From Gammaproteobacteria bacterium (GTDB taxonomy: Bacteria > Pseudomonadota > Gammaproteobacteria > Eutrophobiales > Eutrophobiaceae): 64,000 nucleotides of DNA. The DNA is taken from the NCBI GenBank assembly GCA_965243205.1, contig CBDEUK010000001.1:395828-459827 (forward strand). The letters are read 5' to 3'. Made by a program: the position numbers and the translations under genes. Shown in pieces: positions 29,559 to 39,222 of the stretch (the stretch's first letter is position 1; every line of letters starts with the position of its first letter). Under the pieces are notes generated by a model that was not told where the DNA came from, ran no database searches, and was given only the letters and a program-made list of their open reading frames with translations.

Positions 29559-30257
29559 CTATTTTCTTCGTGACAAACTAAATAAACCGAAGATTGCTGA
29601 ACCGAATAACCAAACAGCTGCAGGAACGGGTACTACTGTCGCATTAGCGCGCCCAAACGCATCACCATCGGCGACAGCCCAACCATAAAAGTAAGTCTCA
29701 AAATTCTTAGGGATTAACCCTTGGCTAAGATCCGCTGATGCAAATGCGTATGCGCTTGCTCCTGAAGAATCTTCGGACCAATACCCAACTAAGTTTTGAA
29801 TATTACTAAAAGCTGATTCGCCTGCACTTGGAATCGAAGCAAAACTGAATCCGCTAGCATTCGAGGTTAAATTCGAAGTTGGAGTCCTACCAAAGTATTC
29901 GCTAAACAAAAATAATATCTCACTGCCATTTGACCCTATAATAGAAGGCAATCGCCATGCATCAAAACCTAAATAGTTTTGTGAGTTCATTCCAGCAACC
30001 CAATTCATGGCTTCGTTCCAATTCATGGCACCATTAGCACCGATCCCACCAACTCCAAAATTGTTGGAACTGGCTAAATTGGCATCAGCTAACCAAGTAA
30101 TATCCAAAATATCATCATAGAAAGCTTCATATGTGGATGAATCACCGTCTATATCTCGACCAACTAAAGCCGCAGACGAAGAAAAAGATATCAATATAAG
30201 TAACAAGCCCGCAATACTGCTAATAGCATCACGACTTAGAGGATCTCTAAGCTTCAT
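29559..30257 (-). CDS. VPLPA-CTERM (PEP-CTERM-like) sorted surface protein
   Basis: Signal peptide and YDDILDITWLADANLA..W..A..W..WRLP domain. C-terminal VPVPAAVWLFGSAIFGLFSLSRRK. Start taken at the ATG at 30257. Confidence 0.85.
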   Translation of the reverse strand: MKLRDPLSRDAISSIAGLLLILISFSSSAALVGRDIDGDSSTYEAFYDDILDITWLADANLASSNNFGVGGIGANGAMNWNEAMNWVAGMNSQNYLGFDAWRLPSIIGSNGSEILFLFSEYFGRTPTSNLTSNASGFSFASIPSAGESAFSNIQNLVGYWSEDSSGASAYAFASADLSQGLIPKNFETYFYGWAVADGDAFGRANATVVPVPAAVWLFGSAIFGLFSLSRRK

Positions 30258-30511
30258 TATTAAACCCCTACAAAACAACATCTGCGCAAAGCATGGTTTC
30301 CTTAGCTTTGAACGGATTAATATTATTATTTACTGTTAGATAATGAACATTCTAAATATTTAGGAATATTCATTCGTTAGAGATAATCGTGTTAGGCAAG
30401 TCAATTATACATATTATCAGTAATTTGTAATGCATTTTTATACAATTTAATTAAATTGTAATAATTCTTTTTCTATTAAATTCTTATAAATATTATATTG
30501 TTTTCAATGGC

Positions 30512-31903
30512 TTATGAGTTTTCATTAAACCAGGCCAGTTTTTCGTTTAAAGCAACCACCTCTCCTATAATGATTAGGCTAGGAGGTCGGATATTTTCTT
30601 GTTCTATTCGCCCAGGCAAAGACTGAATAGTCTCGATAAATACTCTTTGGTCATTTAAAGAACCGCGCTCAACCAAAGCCACTGGGGTTGAGCTAGACAT
30701 ACCATGTTCAATTAGTTTATTACATAATGATTCAGCTGCGGCTACACCCATGTATATGGCTAATGTTTGATTTGGCTGGACCAATGATGGCCAATTTAAA
30801 TTTAAATCGCCGTCTTTCATATGTCCTGTCACAAAAATACAGCTTTGAGCATAATCTCTATGAGTTAATGGTATACCGGCATAACTTGCGCAAGCAGCGG
30901 CAGCAGTAATTCCTGGAACAATTTGAAAGGACACCCCAGCTTCCGAAAGCTGTTCAATTTCTTCCCCACCTCGGCCGAAAATAAATGGGTCACCACCTTT
31001 TAAGCGTAAAACACGTTTTCCTTCTAAAGCGTACTTAACCAGTAAATCATTTATTTCTTCCTGTGGCACCGTATGTTGATCGCGTTTTTTTCCAACGTAA
31101 ATAAAATCGGCATCTCGACGGGCTAAATCCACTATATCCTTAGAAACTAAGCGATCATAAATGACGACCTCGGCTTGTTGAATTAATCGCAAGGCACGAA
31201 ACGTTAATAAATCTGGATCGCCTGGCCCACCACCTACCAAATATACCTCTCCTTTGCTTTCATAAGATGGAATCTCTTGTTCTAATTCATTCTGTAAAGC
31301 ATCAAGGCCTGCTTTATCTTGTCCAGCTAAAAACATCTCTGTGATAGGGCCATTCAGAATCCGCTCCCAAAAACGTCTTCGCTCATCGATACTAGGAAAC
31401 TTTTGCTTCACTTGTTCGCGAAAATCACGCATCAAAGCACCTAAGCGCCCAAACCCAGAAGGAATAAAAGTCTCTAATCTTGAACGTAATAACCTAGCCA
31501 ATACAGGAGAAGCACCACCAGTTGAAATAGCTATTTGCACTGGATGTCGGTCAATTGTTGAAGGAACAATAAAGCTGCACAGCGCTGGATCATCAACCAC
31601 ATTTACAGGAATACATTTAGCCTGAGCCTGTTGTGAAATCTCTTGATTAACTTGATTATCCGATGTTGCGGCCACTACAATCTGTTTTGAATTTAAGTGT
31701 GAAGAATCATATTTTTCAGCTAAGTGAGTGATTGCTTCTTGTTCAACTAGACGTTGTAGAGGCTCACAAATTTCTGGCGCTACGACAGTTATACAGGCTC
31801 CCGCCTTGCGTAGCTGATTGACTTTTCGTGAGGCAACTTCACCGCCACCAACCACCAAACAATCTCGGTCTGTTAATTTTAAAAATATCGGGAAATAATC
31901 CAC
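30512..31903 (-). CDS. cysG: siroheme synthase
   Basis: LVVGGGEVASRK, AISTGGASPVLAR, GPGDPDLLT, RLKGGDPFIFGRGGEE. Confidence 0.96.
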   Translation of the reverse strand: MDYFPIFLKLTDRDCLVVGGGEVASRKVNQLRKAGACITVVAPEICEPLQRLVEQEAITHLAEKYDSSHLNSKQIVVAATSDNQVNQEISQQAQAKCIPVNVVDDPALCSFIVPSTIDRHPVQIAISTGGASPVLARLLRSRLETFIPSGFGRLGALMRDFREQVKQKFPSIDERRRFWERILNGPITEMFLAGQDKAGLDALQNELEQEIPSYESKGEVYLVGGGPGDPDLLTFRALRLIQQAEVVIYDRLVSKDIVDLARRDADFIYVGKKRDQHTVPQEEINDLLVKYALEGKRVLRLKGGDPFIFGRGGEEIEQLSEAGVSFQIVPGITAAAACASYAGIPLTHRDYAQSCIFVTGHMKDGDLNLNWPSLVQPNQTLAIYMGVAAAESLCNKLIEHGMSSSTPVALVERGSLNDQRVFIETIQSLPGRIEQENIRPPSLIIIGEVVALNEKLAWFNENS

Positions 31904-32011
31904 AAGCTTACCTGAAATAGATTAGAGTTTTCAAAACCTTACCTCCTGAAACACTAAAGAGCCAGTATTTTTTATCATCAGTAAAATAAGTCATTTTTTT
32001 AGATAAAAATG

Positions 32012-32038
32012 TAAAGTTTGCTGAAAAAAAACCGATAT
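32012..32038 (+). promoter_or_regulatory. sigma28 (FliA) promoter of the stator operon
   Basis: TAAAGTTT-N11-ACCGATAT versus the consensus TAAAGTTT-N11-GCCGATAA. Confidence 0.8.
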
Positions 32039-32104
32039 TAAATTTAAATAATTTCTAATTTTATGTCCCTCAAAGCAGAGACAGTCGGTTTTAGGAGGTA
32101 AAAA

Positions 32105-32860
32105 GTGGATCTCGCAACAGTCGTTGGCCTATTAGTCGCATTTGGAATCATCATGGCATCTATTTTCATGGGTGGCAGTGTCATGACATTTGTAAACATT
32201 CCTTCACTCTTAGTGGTTGGAGGGGGAACCATTGGTGCTGTGCTTATGCAATTCAGTTTGGCCCAATTCCTTGGTGCTGTTGGGGTGGCGATGAAAGGCT
32301 TTTTTAATAAGTCCCAAGACCCACAAGAGTTAATCGACATTACTGTTGACCTTGCTGATACCGCTCGTAAAGGTGGTTTATTAGCATTAGAAGAAAAAGA
32401 TACTGGCATTCCGTTTTATCAAATGGGTATTCAAATGATGGTTGATGGTCATGAACCCGAAGTAGTTCGTAAAATGATGATTAGCGAGATGAACTTAACC
32501 GTTGAACGTCATGACATTGGCAAAAAGATTTTCAAATCCATTGGTGATATGGCTCCTGCAATGGGAATGATCGGAACCTTAATTGGTTTAGTACAAATGT
32601 TATCAAACATGGAAGATCCAAAATCGATTGGTCCTGCTATGGCCGTTGCATTGTTAACAACATTATACGGAGCAATGATTGCCAACGTCTTTGCTCTTCC
32701 TCTTTCTGAAAAACTTGGTCTACGTAGTGACGAAGAACGCATGACAAAATCGATGATAATCGATGGCGTAACTGGCATCCAAGAAGGTAGAAACCCAAAA
32801 GTCATAGCCAGCATGCTACAGACGTATCTTCCTGGTTCTAAACGTCCAACCGAAGAATAA
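32105..32860 (+). CDS. pomA: flagellar stator A subunit (PomA type)
   Basis: MDLATVVG, ARKGGLLALE, APAMGMIGTLIGLV, IGPAMAVALLTTLYG. Confidence 0.92.
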   Translation: MDLATVVGLLVAFGIIMASIFMGGSVMTFVNIPSLLVVGGGTIGAVLMQFSLAQFLGAVGVAMKGFFNKSQDPQELIDITVDLADTARKGGLLALEEKDTGIPFYQMGIQMMVDGHEPEVVRKMMISEMNLTVERHDIGKKIFKSIGDMAPAMGMIGTLIGLVQMLSNMEDPKSIGPAMAVALLTTLYGAMIANVFALPLSEKLGLRSDEERMTKSMIIDGVTGIQEGRNPKVIASMLQTYLPGSKRPTEE

Positions 32861-32878
32861 TTAAGTATTTAAAACCTT

Positions 32879-34135
32879 ATGAGTGACGAAGCTCCTCCAA
32901 AAAAAGAAGAAGGTGGTGGTGCACCAGCCTGGGTAATGACCTTTGCCGACTTAATGTCGCTGCTCATGTGTTTCTTTGTGTTGTTATTATCATTTGCAGA
33001 AATGGATTTATTAAAATTCAAACAAATTGCAGGCTCGATGAAAATGGCCTTTGGTGTCCAACGAGATATCAAAGTCAAAGAGATGCCTAAAGGTACCAGC
33101 GTTATTGCTCAAGAGTTTAGTCCAGGAAAACCAACTCCTACACCTGTCGCTGAAGTTAGACAACAATCCGTTGATGAAACCAAACAGACTTTAGAGTTTA
33201 CTGATGCAACAAATGAATCTGATGATAATCGTAGTGGGCAAGATAACGATAACAGTGAAGATGCTCCCGTTCAAAAACAGCCTGATTCATTAATACCAAA
33301 CGATGTTCAATTGGAACAGAACTTACAAGAGCTTACGGAAATGGTATCTGAAATGGAGCAAACAATGGAGGCTCTTACAGAAAGTGTTGCGGATAAATTA
33401 AGCCCAGAGGAATTAGCGATACTAGAAGAAGCTCAAGTCCAACTTGAGAACATTGATGATAAAGTCGAAGAAATAGTAGCGCTTGAAAAAACACTAGAAA
33501 TAAAAGAAGTTGTTGTGCAACCGAGTTATGAACAAACTAATGAAGATGCTCAAAAACTATTACAAGCATTAGCTCCTGAAATTGAAAAAGGTTTAGTCGA
33601 CGTTGAAACTGAAAAAAATAAAATCCTAATACGAATTAAAGAAAAAGGTTCGTTCCCTTCAGGTTCTTCTACACTTGAAGGAGGTTTCTTACCTGTTATT
33701 AATAAACTTAAAATCGCACTTCATGCTATTAACGGCAAGATTGTTGTTTCAGGCCATACTGATAACATCCCTATAAATACTGCAAGATTCCGGTCGAATT
33801 GGGAATTATCATCTTCTCGTGCAGTGACTGTGGTACACGAAATTCTTAAGAACAGTAAATTAAGTGAACGTCGATTTAAAGTTGAAGGACAAGGCTCCGC
33901 ACACCCTATCGTGCCAAATAACTCTTCTGAAAACCGTGCAATTAACCGTCGAGTTGAACTACTTATCATTCAAAACGATGGTGATAAAATTGAAGAAGTC
34001 GATGCCGAGGAACAGCTTGGTGATTCTAAAGAAGAACCTGTTCTCGATAAACAAGAAACAGAAATTATTGATACTACAGGATTAAAATCAAAACTTGATC
34101 TTATTTCTGGCCCACTGACTGAGCCAGAAGGTTAG
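32879..34135 (+). CDS. pomB: flagellar stator B subunit (PomB type) with an acidic insertion
   Basis: TFADLMSLLMCFFVLLLSF.EMD.LKFKQIAGSMK.AFGVQ as in Vibrio PomB. OmpA-like GHTDN, NWELSSSRA, NRRVE. Confidence 0.9.
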   Translation: MSDEAPPKKEEGGGAPAWVMTFADLMSLLMCFFVLLLSFAEMDLLKFKQIAGSMKMAFGVQRDIKVKEMPKGTSVIAQEFSPGKPTPTPVAEVRQQSVDETKQTLEFTDATNESDDNRSGQDNDNSEDAPVQKQPDSLIPNDVQLEQNLQELTEMVSEMEQTMEALTESVADKLSPEELAILEEAQVQLENIDDKVEEIVALEKTLEIKEVVVQPSYEQTNEDAQKLLQALAPEIEKGLVDVETEKNKILIRIKEKGSFPSGSSTLEGGFLPVINKLKIALHAINGKIVVSGHTDNIPINTARFRSNWELSSSRAVTVVHEILKNSKLSERRFKVEGQGSAHPIVPNNSSENRAINRRVELLIIQNDGDKIEEVDAEEQLGDSKEEPVLDKQETEIIDTTGLKSKLDLISGPLTEPEG

Positions 34136-34144
34136 AAGTATTAA

Positions 34145-34393
34145 TTAATCATTTTCCCATTTGATTTGAAATTCAATTTCTTCATTTTTTCCTTCACGTT
34201 CGTGTTCTATATTAAATATCGCTTTTGCAGGCACGTAAATTCTCTCGCCAGCAATTTGGATATTAAAACGTTTTTCTTTTTCTAAAGCATCAGCTAATCG
34301 TCTTAACTTAGCAACGAATTGTGAAGTCGTATAAGATTTTTCAATATCTCTTTGCTTTTTCTTCTTAACCATAATATTTCTCATCGAGCTCAC
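34145..34393 (-). CDS. amphi-Trp domain protein
   Basis: FVAKLRRLADALE amphipathic helix and terminal EIEFQIKW. Confidence 0.8.
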   Translation of the reverse strand: MSSMRNIMVKKKKQRDIEKSYTTSQFVAKLRRLADALEKEKRFNIQIAGERIYVPAKAIFNIEHEREGKNEEIEFQIKWEND

Positions 34394-34525
34394 GAAAATA
34401 AAATTTTCTGTATCATATAATCAAAATATGATTCAGGTAGACATAAAATCTAATATATTTAATATCAATGTCATAAAATTTAAATAATATATAGAATCAC
34501 TATATATTCTATAAGGAAATTATTC

Positions 34526-35167
34526 ATGAAACATATAGTTAGTATATTTTTAATATGCTTCTCTCAACTTCTATTTAGTACTATGGCTAATGCCGAAATC
34601 ATATATTTTGATTTTAGTGGTAATATAAATGCCATATCTGATAATGCAGGTATCACACAAGATCAAGGGGTTACTATAAATTCTCCCATCAATTTAGTAA
34701 TAGCTATCAATCAATCTATAGATGCTTTCACTATTAGCAATGCAGGTGATACAACTATCCTCACAGAATCAATTCCATCGAATCAAGATTATATTTATTC
34801 AGAACTAATATCTGGTAGTTTAATTCAAGAAAAGGATGGCGGTTTTTTTAACAATCCTGATAATATCGCTCATTACCATTCTTTTTTTGTTTTTTTTACT
34901 TTTGGCGGAGCTTCGGGAGTTTTTACTCTAGGTTCAGATAATAATAAAATTGAGTTGTTCTGTATTTTCCCTTTAGATTCACAATCAGCACCATGTGGTG
35001 GTTCACAAAGAGCCTTTAATTCAAATGGAAAATCTTCGACAATAGATTTTAATGGTAATCTTGTAACAACAACCATACCAATACCATCTTCTTTTATATT
35101 ACTATCATCTTCGCTTTTTTTATTAAGAAAGAACTATAAAAACAATGTTAGGTCTTTGGCAAAGTAA
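34526..35167 (+). CDS. exported protein with a degenerate VPLPA-CTERM-like tail
   Basis: Signal peptide ending ANA. C-terminal [19 protein letters not shown]. Very AT-rich. Confidence 0.68.
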   Translation: MKHIVSIFLICFSQLLFSTMANAEIIYFDFSGNINAISDNAGITQDQGVTINSPINLVIAINQSIDAFTISNAGDTTILTESIPSNQDYIYSELISGSLIQEKDGGFFNNPDNIAHYHSFFVFFTFGGASGVFTLGSDNNKIELFCIFPLDSQSAPCGGSQRAFNSNGKSSTIDFNGNLVTTTIPIPSSFILLSSSLFLLRKNYKNNVRSLAK

Positions 35168-35714
35168 CGCCTTTCTGCCCTTGATACTTACCATCACGAT
35201 CTTTGTATGAGGTTTCACACACCTCATCAGATTCTAAAAAGATCATTTGTGCAACGCCTTCATTCGCATAGATCTTTGCTGGTAAGTTAGTGGTATTAGA
35301 AAACTCTAAAGTAACATGACCTTCCCATTCAGGTTCTAACGGTGTGACATTTACAATGATGCCACAACGCGCATAGGTTGATTTGCCTAAACAAATGGTT
35401 AAGACATTTCTTGGAATACGGAAGTATTCAACGGTATGAGCTAATGCAAATGCATTCGGTGGGATAATGCAATAATCGGCTTCTACATCAACAAAACTTT
35501 TTTCATCGAAATTTTTTGGATCAACCGTTGCTGAATGTACATTGGTAAAAATTTTAAAATGATTTGCGCAACGTACATCATAACCATAGCTGGATGTACC
35601 ATAAGAAATTAAACGGTTGCCATTATCATATTTAATTTGGTTTGGTTCGAAGGGCTCGATCATCCCTTCTTGCTCCGCCATTCGACGGATCCATTTATCA
35701 CTTTTTATTGTCAT
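35148..35714 (-). CDS. dcd: dCTP deaminase
   Basis: [37 protein letters not shown]. Confidence 0.96.
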   Translation of the reverse strand: MTIKSDKWIRRMAEQEGMIEPFEPNQIKYDNGNRLISYGTSSYGYDVRCANHFKIFTNVHSATVDPKNFDEKSFVDVEADYCIIPPNAFALAHTVEYFRIPRNVLTICLGKSTYARCGIIVNVTPLEPEWEGHVTLEFSNTTNLPAKIYANEGVAQMIFLESDEVCETSYKDRDGKYQGQKGVTLPKT

Positions 35715-35729
35715 TGTTATTTATTTTAT

Positions 35730-36821
35730 TTAGTTATTTTCGATTACAATCTTTGGAAACTTACTTGAAAAATCTTTTTGCTGTAAAGCTAATTTTGCAG
35801 ACATCTTTAATGCAATTTCACTATAAGCTTTTGCAATATCTGATTCGGGTTCTAATGCGACCGTTGGTTTTCCATTATCTACACCCTCTCGAATACGAAT
35901 ATCCAAAGGTAATTCACCTAACATATCAACCGCATATTGTTTACTCATCACTTCACCGCCACCAGAACCAAAAATATGCTCTTCATGACCGCATTGACTG
36001 CAAATATGTGTACTCATATTCTCGACCAATCCTAATACTGGCACATTCACTTTTTCAAACATCTTTAGGGCTTTACGAGCATCCAACAAGGCAATGTCTT
36101 GTGGCGTCGTAACTATCACCGCGCCGCTTAAAGGAATCTTTTGCGATAAAGTTAATTGGATATCACCTGTACCAGGTGGCAAATCAATGATTAAATAATC
36201 GATATCACGCCAATTGGTTTCGCGAATCATTTGTTCCAACGCACTGGTTGCCATTGGCCCACGCCATATCATCGGTGTTTCTTCATCTATCATGTAACCA
36301 ATCGACATCGATTGAAGCCCATAACTCACATTCGGCTCCATGGATTTGCCATCTTTGGTATCAGGTTTTCCTGAATAGCCCAACATTCGTGGTTGGCTTG
36401 GGCCATAAATATCCGCATCTAAAATGCCAACTTTCGCACCCTCAGCTTGTAGTGCTAAAGCAAGATTAATCGAAGTCGTAGACTTACCCACCCCACCTTT
36501 ACCTGACGCAACGGCAATTGTGTTCTTAACGCCTTTAAGGACATCTACTCCACGTTGTACTGTACGAGCAGCAATATTTTGGTTTAGTTGAATATCCAAG
36601 GTAGAAATACCTTCTATGTCATTCAAGCTATCTTTAATGCCTTGCTGAATTTCCAACTGATAATTTTTGATTGGGAAACCCATATCGCAAACAATAGTCA
36701 CAGAACCTCCATCAATCTGAATGTCTTTAATGGATTTTGATGAGACTAAATCTGTTTCCAAAAAGGGTACTGTATAGCCGTCGAGCGCGGTTTCGATGTC
36801 TTGTTTTTGAATATCAGGCAT
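35730..36821 (-). CDS. apbC: Fe-S cluster carrier ATPase Mrp/ApbC
   Basis: SGKGGVGKST, DADIYGPS, DLPPGTGD, ENMS..CSQC. Confidence 0.95.
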   Translation of the reverse strand: MPDIQKQDIETALDGYTVPFLETDLVSSKSIKDIQIDGGSVTIVCDMGFPIKNYQLEIQQGIKDSLNDIEGISTLDIQLNQNIAARTVQRGVDVLKGVKNTIAVASGKGGVGKSTTSINLALALQAEGAKVGILDADIYGPSQPRMLGYSGKPDTKDGKSMEPNVSYGLQSMSIGYMIDEETPMIWRGPMATSALEQMIRETNWRDIDYLIIDLPPGTGDIQLTLSQKIPLSGAVIVTTPQDIALLDARKALKMFEKVNVPVLGLVENMSTHICSQCGHEEHIFGSGGGEVMSKQYAVDMLGELPLDIRIREGVDNGKPTVALEPESDIAKAYSEIALKMSAKLALQQKDFSSKFPKIVIENN

Positions 36822-36894
36822 TTTTAAAACTCAATAACATATGAAGGCGGCGTATCATACCACAAGCCGTTATATGCATTGAATGTAAATTGAA

Positions 36895-37581
36895 TTAGTT
36901 TGAATCGAATCGATAGCCTGCGCCGTGCACTGTTGCAATAATTAACGGATTTTGAGGATCGATTTCGATGCGTTTTCTAAGTTTGGAAATATGTTGATCC
37001 AGTGTCCGACTACTGGGTAAATAATCATGCCCCCAACATTCATTCGAGAGTGTATCACGATCGACTACCTGTCCTTGTCTTAGAAATAAAGTTTGTAGAA
37101 TTTTAATATCACGTAGACTCAGTTCAATAGATTCTGTATCTCGATAAGCACGCAGTTCTTTAGGGATTACCTGGAGTGAATTCATTGTAAAACTATTGTC
37201 TTTGTTCGAGTCATCTTCACTTAAACAACGACGAGTAATGGCTCTGATACGTGCAATCACTTCACGAGTCCCGAATGGTTTTACAATAAAATCATCCGCG
37301 CCAAGTTCCAAACCAACCACACGGTCTATCTCTTCTGATTTTGCACTCAAAAATATAACAGGTACTTTAGTGTTATTCTCTCGAATGGAGCGACAGACTG
37401 AATACCCATCTTGCTTTGGCATCATAATATCCAGTATTACAAAACTAGGTATTTCTTCTAAAAATAATGCCAGCGCCTCTTCGCCATCTTCAGCAGCTAT
37501 GACATCATAGCCTTCTGACTCAAGTAATGTTTTTAAGCCTTCACGAATATATTGGTCATCTTCGGCAATAAGTATTTTCAT
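36895..37581 (-). CDS. OmpR/PhoB-family response regulator
   Basis: AEDD, LDIMMP, GADDFIVKPF, winged helix RTLDQHISKLRKRIE...TVHGAGY. Confidence 0.94.
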   Translation of the reverse strand: MKILIAEDDQYIREGLKTLLESEGYDVIAAEDGEEALALFLEEIPSFVILDIMMPKQDGYSVCRSIRENNTKVPVIFLSAKSEEIDRVVGLELGADDFIVKPFGTREVIARIRAITRRCLSEDDSNKDNSFTMNSLQVIPKELRAYRDTESIELSLRDIKILQTLFLRQGQVVDRDTLSNECWGHDYLPSSRTLDQHISKLRKRIEIDPQNPLIIATVHGAGYRFDSN

Positions 37582-39170
37582 GATTTAGTTTCCGTAACAG
37601 GCGTTGATAAATTTACTTCAAAACAACAACCTTTCTGAGTTGATTTTAAAAACACATCACCTCCATGCAGTTGTGCTAATTCACGTGCGAGATTCAAACC
37701 AATTCCAGTTCCAGCAACACCTTCATTAATTTTATCGCTTACACGATAAAATGGTTGGAAGATTTTTTTCATGTCTTTTTTAGGTATACCTGAACCTTTG
37801 TCGATTACCTTAATGATTGTTGTTTCATTATTTTGTTCATGTTGAATTTCCAAGTACTTTCCATTAGCGGCATACTTTTCTACATTACTAATTAAATTAT
37901 TTAATATTTGCTCAAGAACATCTGGATCAAATATCACTTCTGGAAACTCTTGTTCTTGATAAACAATAGTAAATTGTTTTTGTTCTAATGAAGGACTGAA
38001 TGTATCAAGACATTTATTAATGATATGGCTTACCTTGCCTGAACGAGTTTGTATGGATAGTTTATTTCGCTCGTAACGACCGAAAGATAAAACGTTTGCA
38101 ATAAGCCTTGATAGTCGTTGACTCTCTGCCACTATCACATTTAGATAATGTTTATTTTGTGAATCCTCTTCCGATACATTATCCTCTAGCAATTCCGCAT
38201 ACATTCGTATATTTGTTAATGGTGTTTTAAGCTCATGAGAAACTTGATTCACAAAATTAACTCTTCTCGCAGCATTTTCTGTTTCTCGACGGGATTCTTT
38301 ATATAAATACATCGCTAAAAAACCTGACAACAACATAAACAAACTGATCATCCCAAGCGCATTAAATTGTTGTGCCGATAAAAATGTTTTTTTATCCGAA
38401 ACATAATATTCCAAACTCCAACCATTCAATGGAGAAGACAATGGTAATCTCTGAATAGGTTTTAAATCGTCGTTTTCGCTTAACGTCCCCCACTGATAAA
38501 TTAAGTCACCACCACTATCCATGAATTTAATTAAATCGTTTGTTTCAATTTCTGAAGAGGTGTGAGGCAAGATTGAAATCAAATCCGATTTTATTCGCAT
38601 TACATCCAAATCAGCGCCAATGGTCGTTCCATTTGCAGCTTGAATCCAAAATACTAAATTCAAACCATTACCCCAAAACCAACTGTACCAACCGTTTTTA
38701 CTAGGCTTTAGTACTTTTCGTTGTAACGATGAAAAGTAACGAGATTTTTCCTCTTCATAATCATTTATCGAAGTACTTTTGTATAATTCATTTCCTTGCC
38801 AAAGAATATTACTGCGTTCGATAAATTGTTTTTCTTGCTTAGTAAATTCTAAGTTTTCAGAAGGATAAACTCGGTCACCCTCTGAATTAATTAAAAATGT
38901 TTGTCGTATAAGAGGATATTTTTCTGATACTGTACGCCAATCATTTAAACCGTCCATCCGACTTAAGACCAAACCCAATTCCTGTTGTTGTTCGATCATG
39001 TAACGTAGAATATCTTCATCTAAATTTCTTAGTTGCTCAATCACAAGCTTATTCAATCGAACTTCTTGAATGGAACTTTCTTGCATCGACATGCGGTAAC
39101 CAAACCAGGACAGCAATACACCTGGCGTGAGCACCAACAGAAAAAGCAATAAGATAAATCGTCTATTCAT
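37578..39170 (-). CDS. membrane sensor histidine kinase
   Basis: Two TM helices, H-box VSHELKTPL, N-box NLISNVEKY, DKGSG, GTGIGL. Confidence 0.94.
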   Translation of the reverse strand: MNRRFILLLFLLVLTPGVLLSWFGYRMSMQESSIQEVRLNKLVIEQLRNLDEDILRYMIEQQQELGLVLSRMDGLNDWRTVSEKYPLIRQTFLINSEGDRVYPSENLEFTKQEKQFIERSNILWQGNELYKSTSINDYEEEKSRYFSSLQRKVLKPSKNGWYSWFWGNGLNLVFWIQAANGTTIGADLDVMRIKSDLISILPHTSSEIETNDLIKFMDSGGDLIYQWGTLSENDDLKPIQRLPLSSPLNGWSLEYYVSDKKTFLSAQQFNALGMISLFMLLSGFLAMYLYKESRRETENAARRVNFVNQVSHELKTPLTNIRMYAELLEDNVSEEDSQNKHYLNVIVAESQRLSRLIANVLSFGRYERNKLSIQTRSGKVSHIINKCLDTFSPSLEQKQFTIVYQEQEFPEVIFDPDVLEQILNNLISNVEKYAANGKYLEIQHEQNNETTIIKVIDKGSGIPKKDMKKIFQPFYRVSDKINEGVAGTGIGLNLARELAQLHGGDVFLKSTQKGCCFEVNLSTPVTETKS

Positions 39171-39173
39171 AAT

Positions 39174-39204
39174 AAAAAATCAGCCTACAATATTTGCAGG
39201 CTGA
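39174..39204 (-). terminator. probable intrinsic terminator between the VWA gene and the kinase
   Basis: Minus strand TCAGCCTGCAA-ata-TTGTAGGCTGA-TTTTTT. Confidence 0.7.
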
Positions 39205-39222
39205 ATAATGTAATTATTAATT

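Noticed and set aside
30258-30511. sigma54 promoter upstream of the VPLPA-CTERM gene, and an imperfect palindrome at about 30342-30374
   Set aside because: I found no correctly spaced GG-N10-GC element, and the palindrome is almost all A/T in an AT-rich gap, so it is plausible by chance.
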